Source: Williopsis jadinii (taxonomy: Eukaryota). Taken from it: DNA of 64,000 nucleotides. A program made the position numbers and the translations under genes. The stretch lies in assembly GCA_024346625.1 (NCBI GenBank), contig AP024665.1:2356001-2420000 (forward strand). The letters run 5' to 3'. Below, piece after piece: positions 11,643 through 23,463 of this stretch. How positions within the stretch are numbered: the stretch's first letter is position 1; each line of letters begins with the position of its first letter. Under the pieces are notes generated by a model that had not been told where the DNA came from, ran no database searches, and saw nothing but the letters and a program-made list of their open reading frames with translations.

Positions 11643-12782
11643 ATGGAGTTCTTCAAATCACTCTGGCCCAATACGTCAACAAACATCGTCACCATTCCAC
11701 AACATGTCGAAGGCGAATACGAAGACGATTTGGATTTGAAGGTTAGAGCGTTGGCTTATCTCTTTAAGAGGCTGGGCATCGAGGACTTGCCACCTTTCAT
11801 AAACGATGAGAATGGGATGTTCAACCTGAGGGGTCCCGTTGACTGTACGAATGAGAAGCTGGACGCCATCTACAACAAATCGGAGTTCGAGAGACTGTTG
11901 AAGTCAGATGAGCACAGAATCTTGGTTGATTGGTTCAAGAATAGGTTCAGGTCGCTGTGTATACTCTCAGGTGAGCCATGCTCTGAGTTTGAGCACGATC
12001 TGGGAAGGAACTTTAGATTTGTGGTGTTGGCCAGTGACTCCTCAGAGAAGGTTTATATCGACACCTTGGCCAACTCTGATATCTATATGGAGCACAGTGT
12101 CGATATGAAGTTGAAAGAGAGTATTCTCCGGGATGTCTTACAAAGACAATTAGAACTGAGACCCTCTGTCAGAAGCAGCTTCAACAAGAACGATAGGGCC
12201 AATATAATCTTACAGTACGTCCGTAAGTTGAGTGAAGCCGTACAGATTGAGAGAATCTATAGAGCATCTCTAATGAGTAAGCTGAAGACATTGAGAGCCT
12301 CAAAGCTGGGAGATCTGAAAGAGGTTGTTGAGGAGCCCACTGTTGATCATACGGATGATAACAGTGAAAATCAAGGCATATGTCTTTTCCCTTCAAGTGC
12401 CTTACGCTCCAGTCGATCCAGGTCGCCCGTGAGAAGAAACTCCTGTGAGTCCAAGCCTCTGGTGAAGCCTCTGTCACCCGTAAAGCTGAATCCAGACTTA
12501 AGCTGGAGCTCTTCTTCACCTTTAGCTTCCCCTGTGAAATCCATTGGTTCACCAAATACAACACAAACATCTATGAGATCACGTTCGTCCTCTCCAATCA
12601 AAAGCCTCAAGAAGAAGCAATCCATGACGCTTTTAAAGATGGACAGGTCGTTAAACGATAGCTCATTCTCTCTGGAGCAGGACGCAACGTCAAAGATTGA
12701 TACAGCACTGTTGAAATCACAGGCAGAGCAGGCAGTCTTGGTAAGAGTGGAAAGGGAGTTGAAACTTGTTAGGGTATTGTAA
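11643..12782 (+). CDS. Uncharacterised protein with a globular N-terminal half and Ser/Pro-rich C-terminal half
   Basis: 379-codon ATG ORF filling the gap between SCP1 and MRPL51; no family recognised. Confidence 0.75.
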   Translation: MEFFKSLWPNTSTNIVTIPQHVEGEYEDDLDLKVRALAYLFKRLGIEDLPPFINDENGMFNLRGPVDCTNEKLDAIYNKSEFERLLKSDEHRILVDWFKNRFRSLCILSGEPCSEFEHDLGRNFRFVVLASDSSEKVYIDTLANSDIYMEHSVDMKLKESILRDVLQRQLELRPSVRSSFNKNDRANIILQYVRKLSEAVQIERIYRASLMSKLKTLRASKLGDLKEVVEEPTVDHTDDNSENQGICLFPSSALRSSRSRSPVRRNSCESKPLVKPLSPVKLNPDLSWSSSSPLASPVKSIGSPNTTQTSMRSRSSSPIKSLKKKQSMTLLKMDRSLNDSSFSLEQDATSKIDTALLKSQAEQAVLVRVERELKLVRVL

Positions 12783-12962
12783 ACTGAGACAGACTACACA
12801 ACATATAATTTATTCATATTCATATTTAGAGTACAGATTCTTACACGTTCGTTCATTTCACTACACTAGGCCATGACTACAAGCAGTATACTCGTTCTAC
12901 AGTGTACTCATAGAGGAAACAAGAGATATATTATGTACATGAAGGTGGTGGCAAGTAGAACC

Positions 12963-13382
12963 TTACACTTTGTGTCTAACAGATGGGTCCACGTGCAATG
13001 GCGACCAGACACCTCTAACTGAGTCGTTGATACTCTCAACCTTGGAGTTTCTCTTTCTAATACGCTCACCAGAAGACTCTCTCAACAGATTCAACTTATT
13101 CTGCACGTTATCAACGTTCAAGTTGCGCACACATATCGCCTTGTCCAAGCCGTTGCTATATTCACCTTTAAGAACTGGGTGTCCACCTTTCTGGACAACC
13201 TTGAATTCGATCTTTGGGTTCTGTTTGGCATAGTTGTCCAATCTTAGCCTGAGGAAATCTCTGAGTCCCTGCGACGAGCCGCCAGCCTGGTCAAACTGCA
13301 GAGTGATACGCTTGCAGGAGAGCACAAACGCACCAACACCGTTTTGCAGCACTGCAAGCTTCGGAACAGGTTTGATAGGCAT
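12963..13382 (-). CDS. MRPL51: Mitochondrial ribosomal protein mL43
   Basis: NGVGAFVLSCKRITLQF, GGSSQGLRDFL and SVRGVWSPLH motifs. Confidence 0.93.
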   Translation of the reverse strand: MPIKPVPKLAVLQNGVGAFVLSCKRITLQFDQAGGSSQGLRDFLRLRLDNYAKQNPKIEFKVVQKGGHPVLKGEYSNGLDKAICVRNLNVDNVQNKLNLLRESSGERIRKRNSKVESINDSVRGVWSPLHVDPSVRHKV

Positions 13383-13591
13383 TGTTGTCGTCCTTCCTTG
13401 TCTTCTTCAGAGCTGAGAGCTGTGTTGACGATGTTGTCTTTCCTTCGGAAAAAATTAAACCCGGGCCTTTTAGCGTCTTCAAGGAGCAGTGTGCCCCTAC
13501 CATACCTGGGGCTCGGTTTCTCGAGAAACCACCAGAACGAAGAATCAACACTAATGATGGCAACGGTCAACATCAACAGTTTCACGTTGAA

Positions 13592-14080
13592 ATGAGCTCT
13601 AAGAGGTTATCTATTGGCCTGCGTCACTTCTCTGCGTCTTCTAGGGCCTACAAGGAATCCATCATCTCGTCGTTGAACGTCCTTGCCGATGCAGCAACGC
13701 CGTTGAACAACATCGATACCGTGAAGAGGGACAGAATAGCATTCACGTCAGGGTATGAGGTTAAGGACAAGGTGGCATTCCTCGTAGCCAATCAGGTGCT
13801 CCAGTTTGATCCCAAGTATGAGATCAAGAATGGGTTTCTAGTGGAATTTGAGCCAGCCTCACTGGAATTTCTCAAGCTGATAAACCCACAGCCTGACTTG
13901 ATCACCATTGGGCTGGGCTCAAAGAGTAGGCTGCTGAGCCAGGTAAACGTCGAACTGTTCCAACAGCTGGGTGTCCGTGTAGAGGTCTCTGATACTAAGA
14001 ACGCAGCAAAGAACTTTGACCTCTTAGCCACTGAAAGACCGAATCAAGTGGGAGCAATATTGCTCCCACCGAATGTCTAG
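13592..14080 (+). CDS. Complex I assembly factor NDUFAF3-like (Mth938 domain)
   Basis: Mitochondrial presequence from ATG 13592; PQPDLITIGLG and DTKNAAKNFDLLATERP motifs. Confidence 0.85.
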   Translation: MSSKRLSIGLRHFSASSRAYKESIISSLNVLADAATPLNNIDTVKRDRIAFTSGYEVKDKVAFLVANQVLQFDPKYEIKNGFLVEFEPASLEFLKLINPQPDLITIGLGSKSRLLSQVNVELFQQLGVRVEVSDTKNAAKNFDLLATERPNQVGAILLPPNV

Positions 14081-14198
14081 CCAACCGCGTTCCGTTATTT
14101 ATCTAACCATCTATTTATTAATGTATTATCATACAACGTTGTTTCTTCTATTGTACACACGCACGAATATATACGAAGACGTATATATGGATCAACAA

Positions 14199-17100
14199 TC
14201 ACCAGTCGTCATCATCATCATCTTGTTCCTCTTCATCGCTATCAAGTCCCATTCTGCCAGCACGAGCCTTGAGGGCTTCAGCTAAACCCCCAGCTAAGCT
14301 ACTCTCCTCCTGTTTCTTAGCCATCAACGCCGCAGCTAAACCTCCAGCTAGGCCTCCAGTAGTGGCGGCAGTGGTGGCGTTATCAACTGTACCATTGGAT
14401 ACACCATTGGAGATTGGGCTCTGTTGTTGAGCCACTGGTTGAGCCTGGGCTTGTTGTTGCTGGATAGGAGGTGCTGGTGGCGCTGGTGGCGCAGCTTTAG
14501 CACCAGTACTTGGAGGTGCACATTCAACGACATAAGCACCTGGGACCCATCCTTCTTTGGAGCCATCAAGCAGTTTAGCTAGCCACCATCCGTTGTTCTC
14601 CTTTTTCAAAATATAAACAACTTGGTCCTTGGAGATTGGTAATTCACTAGCACTACCTGTCCCAACAAAGTCATAGGCGGCTTTATACGTTGGGAATTCA
14701 GGCTTAGCAACCGCAGCTGGCGGAGGTGGAGGCGCCGGTGGAGCTTGTCTACTCTGTTGAACAGCAGCTGCTGGTTGTTGAACCTGTGGTTGTGGCTTTG
14801 GTGGTTGTGGAACGGCTTTCTTCTGCGGTCTTGATGGTGGAGCCTTTCTAGACTGTGGAGCTGCTGGTTGACCACCAGGGTGATAAGCACTTGAAGCAGC
14901 AGCGATCGCAGTTGACGCAGCAGATGCTTGTGTGTGAGCCGGCTGTGGTGTTGGCTGTTGTTGTCTCATAACAGGAGCTGGTGGTGGTGCCTTTCTAGCA
15001 GTTGGCAATGTAGTGGTGGCTGCCGCAGGTCTGGAAACTGCTGGTGTTGCTGCAGGTTTATAAGTACTTCTTGGTGTGTAACTTGAACTTCCGATAGACG
15101 ACTTATTCTTTGGTCTAGGATGTGAGGTAGAAGATGCTGGTGCACCAGCACGGACACTAATAGTACCAGATTTGTACAGATCACCATGAAGAGGTGCATT
15201 GGGGTTAACCGCAGTCTTGACAATGTGATATTTGCCCGGTTTTTTCTGGTATTTGATTGTAGAATCAATCTGAATCGAAATGGCACTGTTCAACTTCTTC
15301 AGCTGAGTAACCAATTCTGTCTTTGACCAGAGACAAATAAATGGATCAACAGCTTGAGTCTTTTGGGAAATTGCAACCCAATCGTCCTGTAGGTTCGATA
15401 ATCCAAGGTAATTGATGTTGTTGATTGGAACACTCATCTCCATAGTGTATGTGGCCTTTCTATCAACAACCTGATGGGCAACTATGTAAACAGTGGAACT
15501 GGTAACAAACACATGTCTTGGAAGCCTTTGGGCGGATCTTCCGAATTTGGAATGTAACACTTCACAACCACTTGAAAAAATGACCTTGTCTTTAATTCCA
15601 ACTTGGTTTTTAATGAAGGCACCCTTCGATTTACGTTCATTGGCATTCAAATAATCACCAGTGAATTGTCTGTAACCCAAAAGGGAGAATTTACGACGTT
15701 GCTTTCTTGAGCCCAGAAGCCTTGTACCATAGTCACGGAATTTCTCGTAGTCATTGCCGCCAGTTCTTTCTCTCCAGATTCTCTGGATTATAATTGCAGC
15801 ATCTACTTTTTTCTTCATGTATCTTCTAATGGCTCTCTGGATTATAGCAGCCATGTTATGCCAATATCTATCTCTTAGACTTTCCAATCCAAACAACGTC
15901 TCTGGTGTCTTAATGAATACCTTTGTTGTACCCATTTGATACTCCGTTGCTGGAATGGCAGAATCTTGCAAGATGTGGAGCACTGCATCTTTAATGTCAC
16001 CAGACCATGTGAACTCACCGGCATAAGAACACTTTCGAGACAACAAATAAAATCTCTCCACAAACTTCTCAAAAGTTTGACGATATGCAAAACCTGCTCT
16101 TCTGATTCTAACGTTTTCTTTCAATCCAAGATATTTGATCTGGTGCAAAACTTGTCTGTCGTCAAACTCCGAGGCCGATCTATGTTCATTTGGTTTGATA
16201 GTTCTGATGTAGGAAGGTTTTGACAGGGAAAGAGTTTCAACCAACTCATTGGCAGATTTGATAATCTTATCACTTGCAGTTGGAGGTCTTCTTCTTGATC
16301 CGTGATCAACTGGTTTGGGGAACAGTGTATGAATAAAGGAGTTTTGGGAAGTTGCTAACATCTCCATGAGGTCCTTTTGCAATTGATCCTTGTTTTTATC
16401 GGTCATATGCTGGATATCATAGGTGACATCACCAGCATAATGCTTGATGACGAATTTTGCCTGTCTCAATTCAAAATGTTGATTTGAGGTCATCAAGTTC
16501 AAACGTTGGGCAAAGGAAGCATCACTTTCGTCACTCTTAGCGTGGGCAGTAGCACAGGCATCGTTAAGTGCAGCCATAACACCAGGAGGTCTCTTTGCCT
16601 CGATCAGATCAACAACAATTTTATTGTTGAAGAATTGAATTGGAGTCCATTGAATCTGTTCACGAACATACTCATCCTGTTCCGATTTTAAAGTCAATTG
16701 GATAAAGATCTGTTGTAATTTCTCATTGACATAGTTAATACACAACTGTTCAAAGGAATTGTGCTCAAAGATTTCAAACCCATAGATATCCAAAATACCA
16801 ATGGATTTGTACTTGTTACCTTTATCCAACACCTTGTTCAAGATCACAATAATATGGTCAAACAACACCGAATACATCGCTGCTGCAAGTGCATGCTTGA
16901 CAGCAGTGGCTTGTGTAGGGTTCAATGGAATATCATAAGTTTCATTCATCGTAGTCATAACCCTTGTGATCAATGAATTGATCAAGGTTTGTTCATCCAC
17001 AGAGATAAGATAAGCGACGAACTTTGTCACTGATGAATCTCTAACTGTTGAGTTACCCTGTTCGTCTTCGACAAAGGTGATGTTACCGATCCACAAGATC

Positions 17101-17990
17101 GCAGCCAAGATTCTAAAGATCTGATCCTGTTGCTCTTGATCGATTCCAATGATCTGCATAGCCTTCAAGGTCTCTTGGAAATCTTTGGCATCATCGATAC
17201 CTTCAACAGAAGTTGTACCGCTTGTGTACAAGTACTGTTCTGGCCCTTGGACACCAAAGGTTTGTCTGTAACTTTCAGGTGCCGCTTTAGTGAATTGGTA
17301 AAAGATGTGGAAATTTCTCTCACCCTTGTTCTGTCCGACAACCCTTTGCTTCTCCAACAAATAATTTGTAATCTTACCACTGACGGGTTCGTATTGTTCG
17401 CTGAAGTTGATCTCTAAGTACTTACCGTGTCTCGAACTGTTGTTGTTTCTCAAAGTCTTTGCACACCCGAACGACTCCAACAAGGGGTTGGTTGCCAGAA
17501 CAATGTCTCTGATCTCAGTGATGGATTTGCTCGAGACCGACGTTGCTGTGGCAGCAGCAATGTATTGCATAATTCTCTTAGCAGCCTCCGTCTTACCGGC
17601 ACCAGACTCACCAGAGATAATGACACACTGCGATTCGTTATAAGCCTTCATGTTGTAAACCATGGATTCCGCCACAGCAAACACATGCGGTGGAACCTCC
17701 AGTCTATTCTTTCCCTCGTAGGACTTCAGCACATCCTCCGTGTAGATCCCCAAGTCACGGAACGGGTTCACGGAGATCAGCACATGGCCGATATACGTGT
17801 AGATGGTCCCGTTCTCAAACCTCTTCTTCAGGTTCTCGTTGATCGCCTCGTCCGTGATCTTCGTCAACAACGTCAAATCAGAAACACCAACCTCACGCTT
17901 CTTGTGCGCCTCAAACGTAGCCTTCTGGATACCATTGTTCCTCTTTGGAGGCTGTTGTTTGCCCTTACCAGGTCTCCTTGTAATAGCCAT
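14199..17990 (-). CDS. MYO5: Type I myosin (Myo3/Myo5 ortholog)
   Basis: GESGAGKT P-loop, IQ motifs, TH1 domain, Pro/Ala-rich region, SH3 domain, acidic DDDDDW end. Confidence 0.97.
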   Translation of the reverse strand: MAITRRPGKGKQQPPKRNNGIQKATFEAHKKREVGVSDLTLLTKITDEAINENLKKRFENGTIYTYIGHVLISVNPFRDLGIYTEDVLKSYEGKNRLEVPPHVFAVAESMVYNMKAYNESQCVIISGESGAGKTEAAKRIMQYIAAATATSVSSKSITEIRDIVLATNPLLESFGCAKTLRNNNSSRHGKYLEINFSEQYEPVSGKITNYLLEKQRVVGQNKGERNFHIFYQFTKAAPESYRQTFGVQGPEQYLYTSGTTSVEGIDDAKDFQETLKAMQIIGIDQEQQDQIFRILAAILWIGNITFVEDEQGNSTVRDSSVTKFVAYLISVDEQTLINSLITRVMTTMNETYDIPLNPTQATAVKHALAAAMYSVLFDHIIVILNKVLDKGNKYKSIGILDIYGFEIFEHNSFEQLCINYVNEKLQQIFIQLTLKSEQDEYVREQIQWTPIQFFNNKIVVDLIEAKRPPGVMAALNDACATAHAKSDESDASFAQRLNLMTSNQHFELRQAKFVIKHYAGDVTYDIQHMTDKNKDQLQKDLMEMLATSQNSFIHTLFPKPVDHGSRRRPPTASDKIIKSANELVETLSLSKPSYIRTIKPNEHRSASEFDDRQVLHQIKYLGLKENVRIRRAGFAYRQTFEKFVERFYLLSRKCSYAGEFTWSGDIKDAVLHILQDSAIPATEYQMGTTKVFIKTPETLFGLESLRDRYWHNMAAIIQRAIRRYMKKKVDAAIIIQRIWRERTGGNDYEKFRDYGTRLLGSRKQRRKFSLLGYRQFTGDYLNANERKSKGAFIKNQVGIKDKVIFSSGCEVLHSKFGRSAQRLPRHVFVTSSTVYIVAHQVVDRKATYTMEMSVPINNINYLGLSNLQDDWVAISQKTQAVDPFICLWSKTELVTQLKKLNSAISIQIDSTIKYQKKPGKYHIVKTAVNPNAPLHGDLYKSGTISVRAGAPASSTSHPRPKNKSSIGSSSYTPRSTYKPAATPAVSRPAAATTTLPTARKAPPPAPVMRQQQPTPQPAHTQASAASTAIAAASSAYHPGGQPAAPQSRKAPPSRPQKKAVPQPPKPQPQVQQPAAAVQQSRQAPPAPPPPPAAVAKPEFPTYKAAYDFVGTGSASELPISKDQVVYILKKENNGWWLAKLLDGSKEGWVPGAYVVECAPPSTGAKAAPPAPPAPPIQQQQAQAQPVAQQQSPISNGVSNGTVDNATTAATTGGLAGGLAAALMAKKQEESSLAGGLAEALKARAGRMGLDSDEEEQDDDDDDW

Positions 17991-18468
17991 CCTCTCTCTT
18001 CACAGTTTGCCCACTTTATCTCTCTTACCGCCCTGTACAATGTCAAAGGTTGAAGTAGCCGCCAATCAGAGTAAGAAGGGAAAACAAACAATTTGATCCT
18101 TTTTGGGGGGGCAGGTATGGGTTTTTGCCCTTTTCGCACAAAACTGCGGGCGGTGATTCCGGGTTTCTCGTTTAGTGGCCGTAACGGGGCTCTGTTCACA
18201 AAGCCGACAATCCAGCGCGGCGCGGCAAAGGGCGAAGAGGCCTGTCTGCCCTCTGTCGGCGGTGGTGGGAGCGTTGAGCGGTTTGGGTGCTCTTCAGCAT
18301 TTTGAACTAAAATACCGACGTCCCGAGATTGTTGATCTGTTCCTAGCTTTTTGCCTCTAAAAGTGCTCATCTGATACGATGGAATCTACAACACGTTCAA
18401 TTGTAATGGAACGATGAGATTAGGGATGATATATATAAAGACACCAAGGTGCAGTATACGAATTATCT

Positions 18469-20223
18469 TCATCTGGTGCGAATGACACCAGCAGCAATGA
18501 GGATGTTGATCTTTCTAGCAACTTCTGGGTTCTTCATGTGTTCTTGCAAAGCCTGAGGGTTACCTCTGGCCTGTTCCAAGATGGAGTTCATAACCGGATC
18601 TTGTAAGATGGCTGCAACTTCAGGGTCTTTAGAAACACGTTCCATGGTCTGTTCTGGGGTTTCGTTAGGATCGGCTTGGAATCTTTGGGAAATGGCTTTA
18701 TGGTACAGTTGATCGATTTCTCTGGAGCTCGAGCCGTTGTTGACTTCAAGGTCCTTGCTTCTTGCCAAATCCAAGGTCTCGACGGCCTTTGTGAACTCCT
18801 TGACGGCAATCTCAGCGTTGGCCTTACGGATGTAGGCTCTGATGAAGTTTGGATCCTTCTTGATTGCCAATTCACAATCTTTGATGGCATCTGGGAACGA
18901 CATCAACTTGGCCAATGCAGCAGCTCTGTTGGAATAGCCTCTGGCATCCTCTGGGGCACGCTTGATCATCTCAGTGTACGCCTTCACGGCATTTGGCCAG
19001 TCGCCCTTGGTGAAATACTCCTTACCCAATTCTCTGGCTTCCTCGGCTTTCTCAGGATTGACATAGCTCTCAGCTTCTAAGTCTTTCAGCAACTTTTGGG
19101 TGTTTCTCAATTTGGTCAAGACATCTGGTGTTCTGTGCTCCGTTAATGATTTCTCGAATGCGTGAATAGCAGCCTCATATTTCTGTTGCTTTACATAAGT
19201 GGTACCGATTCTTGCCAGTGCCTTGGCAATCACTTTGTAATCAGCTCTTAGAGAACGACCTTGTTCGACAGCTTCGTTACAGGTATCAATCGTCTTTTCG
19301 TAGTCACCCTTTTCAAACTCTGCGGCGGCTCTGTTGTTCAAGTATGTGACATCCTTATACAAATCCCAAGCCTTGTTGTACGCCTCAATGGCTTCGTCAA
19401 ACTTTCTTTGCTTGTAGAGCTTGTTACCTTCAAGTTTAGCCTCATCAGCAGCTTGTTTCTTTGAAGCGTCCTCTTTAGATTCCTCTTCTTCATCCACCTG
19501 AACATCACCATCCTTATCGGTCTTTGGCTCTGGTTCAGAGCCAGATTTTGGCTCGGAACTTGTGGTAGTTGGAGTTGGATTGCTTTCAGAGGAGGAACTT
19601 GGTTTACCCTCTTCGTTCAACCCCATTGGTGCATCACTATCCAAATCAACACCAAGCAAGGTGGCCATTATCGTCATCATTCTTGGATCTGTAAGCAAAT
19701 CCTGGCTTGCAGATTGTGGATTTTGGGTCATATTGATGACTTTAGCAACCAATGTTGGATCCTTCATGAACTCAGCTGTCTTTGGGTTTGTCTTCAACTT
19801 CTCAATCAAATTTGGGTCTGAAAAGATCTTTCCAAGGCCGAAGTCTGGCGCAGAGTTTCTAGCCTGGGAAGCCTTCTGGACACTTTCAAGACCTTCCTTT
19901 GCCATCTTATTGGTTGGGTCAAGTTCTAACGTCTTCTTATACGACTTCTCAGCGTCATCCAACTGACCAAGCCCAAACTCGGCGGCGGCAACTCTTGAGT
20001 ATCCCTTAGCCCAGGTCGGATTGATCTCAACAGTCTTCTGTGCATCTTCAAGCGCCTTGTCGAATTGCTTCAAAGAAGCATAAGAGGCCGAACGGTTCGA
20101 GTAGAGCACATGGTTTGGTGTCGTGGAGGCATCAATCGCCTTCGTGAACAGATCAATGGCCTTTTGGAAATCCTTAGCGGCAAACGCAGTGTTACCTTGT
20201 GCTTTGTACTCGTCAGCAGACAT
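18469..20223 (-). CDS. STI1: Hsp70/Hsp90 co-chaperone Sti1 (HOP)
   Basis: Starts MSADEYKAQGN at ATG 20223; TPR1, DP1, TPR2A/B and DP2 organisation. Confidence 0.97.
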   Translation of the reverse strand: MSADEYKAQGNTAFAAKDFQKAIDLFTKAIDASTTPNHVLYSNRSASYASLKQFDKALEDAQKTVEINPTWAKGYSRVAAAEFGLGQLDDAEKSYKKTLELDPTNKMAKEGLESVQKASQARNSAPDFGLGKIFSDPNLIEKLKTNPKTAEFMKDPTLVAKVINMTQNPQSASQDLLTDPRMMTIMATLLGVDLDSDAPMGLNEEGKPSSSSESNPTPTTTSSEPKSGSEPEPKTDKDGDVQVDEEEESKEDASKKQAADEAKLEGNKLYKQRKFDEAIEAYNKAWDLYKDVTYLNNRAAAEFEKGDYEKTIDTCNEAVEQGRSLRADYKVIAKALARIGTTYVKQQKYEAAIHAFEKSLTEHRTPDVLTKLRNTQKLLKDLEAESYVNPEKAEEARELGKEYFTKGDWPNAVKAYTEMIKRAPEDARGYSNRAAALAKLMSFPDAIKDCELAIKKDPNFIRAYIRKANAEIAVKEFTKAVETLDLARSKDLEVNNGSSSREIDQLYHKAISQRFQADPNETPEQTMERVSKDPEVAAILQDPVMNSILEQARGNPQALQEHMKNPEVARKINILIAAGVIRTR

Positions 20224-20387
20224 TTCGTGTATAACTCTTCTCACTTGCTTTACAATCGATTGAGCCTTGTTGGAAAGTAATTGAAGATTAAAACACCTCC
20301 TTGTTCGTGTTGTGATGATGTTTCCGTTTCTATGTCGAACGCCCAACGTTTAAATATAGGGAAAAAAACACACACACCGTTCCCTGT

Positions 20388-20402
20388 GGAACTTTCTGGA
20401 AC
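20388..20402. promoter_or_regulatory. Perfect three-unit heat shock element (gGAActTTCtgGAAc) in the STI1 promoter
   Basis: nGAAnnTTCnnGAAn about 165 bp upstream of STI1, a known Hsf1 target. Rap1-like ACACCCGTACACC at 20438-20450. Confidence 0.85.
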
Positions 20403-20583
20403 TTATCTGTGTCTGTGTGTATTTTCGAGATTTTCCAACACCCGTACACCACGGAAATTCATTTCGGTAGGGGAAACACACGATGAGGTAGTCTCGAGAA
20501 CTTTTTTCCAGATGTGGGATGGTTTCTTTCCTCTTAACATTGAGCGGATTGTTGATTGATCGATTCTCTTTAACCCTTCTGTG

Positions 20584-22014
20584 ATGGATCCATTCCAGGC
20601 TGCTACGTCCCAGTTCCAACAATGGTTATTGCATTGTGGGTACCGTGTATCTCCGAAAGTTGACATTGCTGATCTACGACACCTGAGTCAAGGCCGTGGG
20701 CTCGTTGCGACGGATTACATCAAACAGGGTGAAGTGCTGTTCGCTATTCCAAGAAATGTCCTGTTGAATATCGATACTGGCTCGTTAAGCTCCATTGGTG
20801 ATAACAAAGAGAAGCTGTTAACCAAATATGACCACTGGGAAGGTTTGATCCTGACAATTCTCTTTGAGCTCTCCCTTGGAGAACAGAGTAAATGGGCACC
20901 TTATTTCAAGGTGTTGCCAACTGAGTTTCATAACTTGATGTTTTGGTCAGATGAAGAGTTGAAATCCTTGGAACCATCACTTGTACTCGGGCGAGTGGGC
21001 AAGTCGAAGGCTGAGGAATCGTATCATAAGCTGATTCCCTCTGCGCTTGAAGATTTGGGCATTGGTAACTTACAAGTATCTTTGCAGCTGTTCCACCAAG
21101 TTGCCAGCAGCATAATGTCCTATTCGTTTGACGTAGAACGGCCAGACTTTGATGAAGATCAGGAAGATGATGAGCAGGTGAAATATGATGGATATTTCAA
21201 GTCGTTGGTTGCACTGGCAGATACTCTAAACGCGGATACGAACCAAGTCAATGCCAATTTGTTTTATGAGCCTGATTTTTTGACCATGAAAGCAGTGAAA
21301 CCAATTGCCAAAGGGGAACAGATATATAACACTTACGGTGACCATCCAAACAGTGAGCTTCTAAGAAGATACGGTTACGTGGAATATAACGGTTCCAAAT
21401 ACGACTTTGGTGAAGTTCCACTGGAGACTATCCACGAAACGGTGGTCAATCACTATAATTTGAAACCTGAATTCTTGGATCTTGTGTTTAAACTGATATC
21501 TGAGACCGATGTTGATGAGTTGGAAGAAGATATCGTACTGGATGCATTCGATTCGTATATCGATGGTGCAGTACTCCCTGAATCACAGGTCTTGATACAG
21601 GTTCTTACTGTCATTGGTGAAATTGCCTCACAAGAACATCTACAGGACCTTTCCCCAGAACTTCTGTCAAAGACCTTGAATAGAATACTGAAAAAATGTT
21701 ATCAGCTCATTGAAACTGGCTCGATTACAAAGAATGCGGTGATGTTATGGGAACAGTGTATCATAAACAGGTTATCACAATATCCAAGCCATGCCTTTAG
21801 AGATTTTATAATCCCTGAGCCTTCTCAATATCTGAACAAAGTTAAGATGGGTGAATGTATATTGAAGTCTGAGGTTTGTTCTTTACAAAATTCTATCGAG
21901 GGATTCTCAAAGGAGCTGAAAATTATCAATGATGATAAATTGATAAGAAACATCCTAAAGAGGAAGACTCAACATGACGACACAAGACATGATTTCAAGA
22001 GGCAAAAACACTAA
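20584..22014 (+). CDS. RKM4: SET-domain ribosomal lysine methyltransferase (Rkm4/SETD6 family)
   Basis: GRGLVAT, SIMSYSFDVE, LVALADTLNAD and QIYNTYGDHPNSELLRRYGYVE motifs. Confidence 0.88.
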   Translation: MDPFQAATSQFQQWLLHCGYRVSPKVDIADLRHLSQGRGLVATDYIKQGEVLFAIPRNVLLNIDTGSLSSIGDNKEKLLTKYDHWEGLILTILFELSLGEQSKWAPYFKVLPTEFHNLMFWSDEELKSLEPSLVLGRVGKSKAEESYHKLIPSALEDLGIGNLQVSLQLFHQVASSIMSYSFDVERPDFDEDQEDDEQVKYDGYFKSLVALADTLNADTNQVNANLFYEPDFLTMKAVKPIAKGEQIYNTYGDHPNSELLRRYGYVEYNGSKYDFGEVPLETIHETVVNHYNLKPEFLDLVFKLISETDVDELEEDIVLDAFDSYIDGAVLPESQVLIQVLTVIGEIASQEHLQDLSPELLSKTLNRILKKCYQLIETGSITKNAVMLWEQCIINRLSQYPSHAFRDFIIPEPSQYLNKVKMGECILKSEVCSLQNSIEGFSKELKIINDDKLIRNILKRKTQHDDTRHDFKRQKH

Positions 22015-22041
22015 ACTCTTGTCTTAATTTGTATAACTTCA

Positions 22042-23162
22042 TTAATTAGACATGGTTTTCATACTTTTGGGCATTCCTTCTTTGTCACTTAACACTTTTA
22101 GGTACAGTTGAGATTGAGCAGGTTTTGGTGCCATGTCCGTAGTGGCCATAGTCTTGAAAGTATCGTCACTCGTAGCAACTGCCAAAAGATTTACTTCATC
22201 TCTGTAATTGAAATCTAACGACACAACGCTTTGATCGAACTTGGAATATTGTCGAAGTCTTTTCTTTGCAACGTGATCCCATAAACAAACATGACAATCT
22301 GAACCAGCGGTGAACAAAGTATTATACCTGCTGTGAAATGTCAATGCATTCACGGGTGAGGCCAAGTCTGCGTCTTCTGCAACGATCCGATGGCATTTGA
22401 AAGCGTACTTCTTCGCCTGCACTTCTGGAGACGGGTCGAAGTATTCAATAGCAACACGTCCTTCTATCGAACTCTGTGCATAACCATGGCCATTAGGCAT
22501 ACATCTTAGATCACGGGTTTGGTATCTCAGTCCGCTTTCCCGTATTTGGAACGCTTTTTCCATGTTCCTTACATCATACACATGTACTATTCTCTGTGAC
22601 ATGGCCACAACAACATAATTCTGGGTTGTATCCATTGCAAAGACCTTTCCAGGCAAAGCAACGGTGTGTATCGAAGAGTTCGACCTTTGATCCCAGTAGT
22701 GCACTGTTTTATCCCACGAACCGGAAACGAGAACGTTTTCGTCCACTGATCGAATGGACTGTATCCCTAAACTGTGTTGTTTCCAGGACGGTACCGTCAT
22801 GGCCCTGCAATTCTCGATATCCATCTCTTGGATCTGGCCTGAAGAACTGCCTAAGAATGCCCTACGGCCTCTCTTATCCCAGCAAACCGCGGTGATGGGC
22901 TTAGACACGTTGATCCCAACAATCGGCCACGTCGACTGCTCCAGCGAGGACAGCCTCGTATCGAATATCTTAGCAGACCCGTCCCATCCACCAACCAAGA
23001 GATGCGAACTGGCTGGAGAGAACGTTATACTGGAGACGATGTCCTGCGGTGCGTCTGCCAGCTGGACTTTGGACGGATTGTCAGTATATGTGATCCTGAG
23101 AGCATTCCCAGCACGTCACCCATGCTACCGCTACAGCACTTATACTCACTGAGAGAGCTCAT
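22042..23162 (-). CDS. BUB3: Spindle checkpoint WD40 protein Bub3; exons 23162-23150 and 23066-22042
   Basis: 83-nt intron at 23067-23149 (GTGAGT, TACTGAC, AAG) gives MSSLIQLADAPQDIVS. RESGLRYQTR, SSIEGRVAIEY and KYAFKCHR motifs. 345 aa. Confidence 0.9.
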
Positions 23163-23211
23163 TGATCCTGAAAGCTGGTGCAACGGGTGGTTTGAAGGAG
23201 ATGTGCTGTGT

Positions 23212-23238
23212 TTGTTTACGTGAAACCCTTTTGTTTAC
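23212..23238 (-). promoter_or_regulatory. Two forkhead sites (GTAAACAA) upstream of BUB3
   Basis: TTGTTTAC at 23212-23219 and 23231-23238. Confidence 0.6.
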
Positions 23239-23463
23239 ATTTCTTATGTAAGCACTTACGTAATCAAACCCAGCACCGAGTTGCACCGACAACGGGCAAA
23301 AACAAAAACATTGCGGGTGTCGCAGCGTGCGTGCTTGCTTTTCAGATTTGTATGGAGGACACAACCATACTTTGCACTGCTTCAACGGGACATTGCGAGC
23401 TTTATCCACACAGCTGGTTCGGAAGAGACGATTGGCTACAAAGTAGGCAGTGTGACGGAAAAG

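Noticed and set aside
13382..13591. N-terminal extensions from TTG/GTG starts (also MRS6, STI1, PEX29, PHR1, YCT1)
   Set aside because: Eukaryotic locus; homology and targeting signals begin at downstream ATGs.
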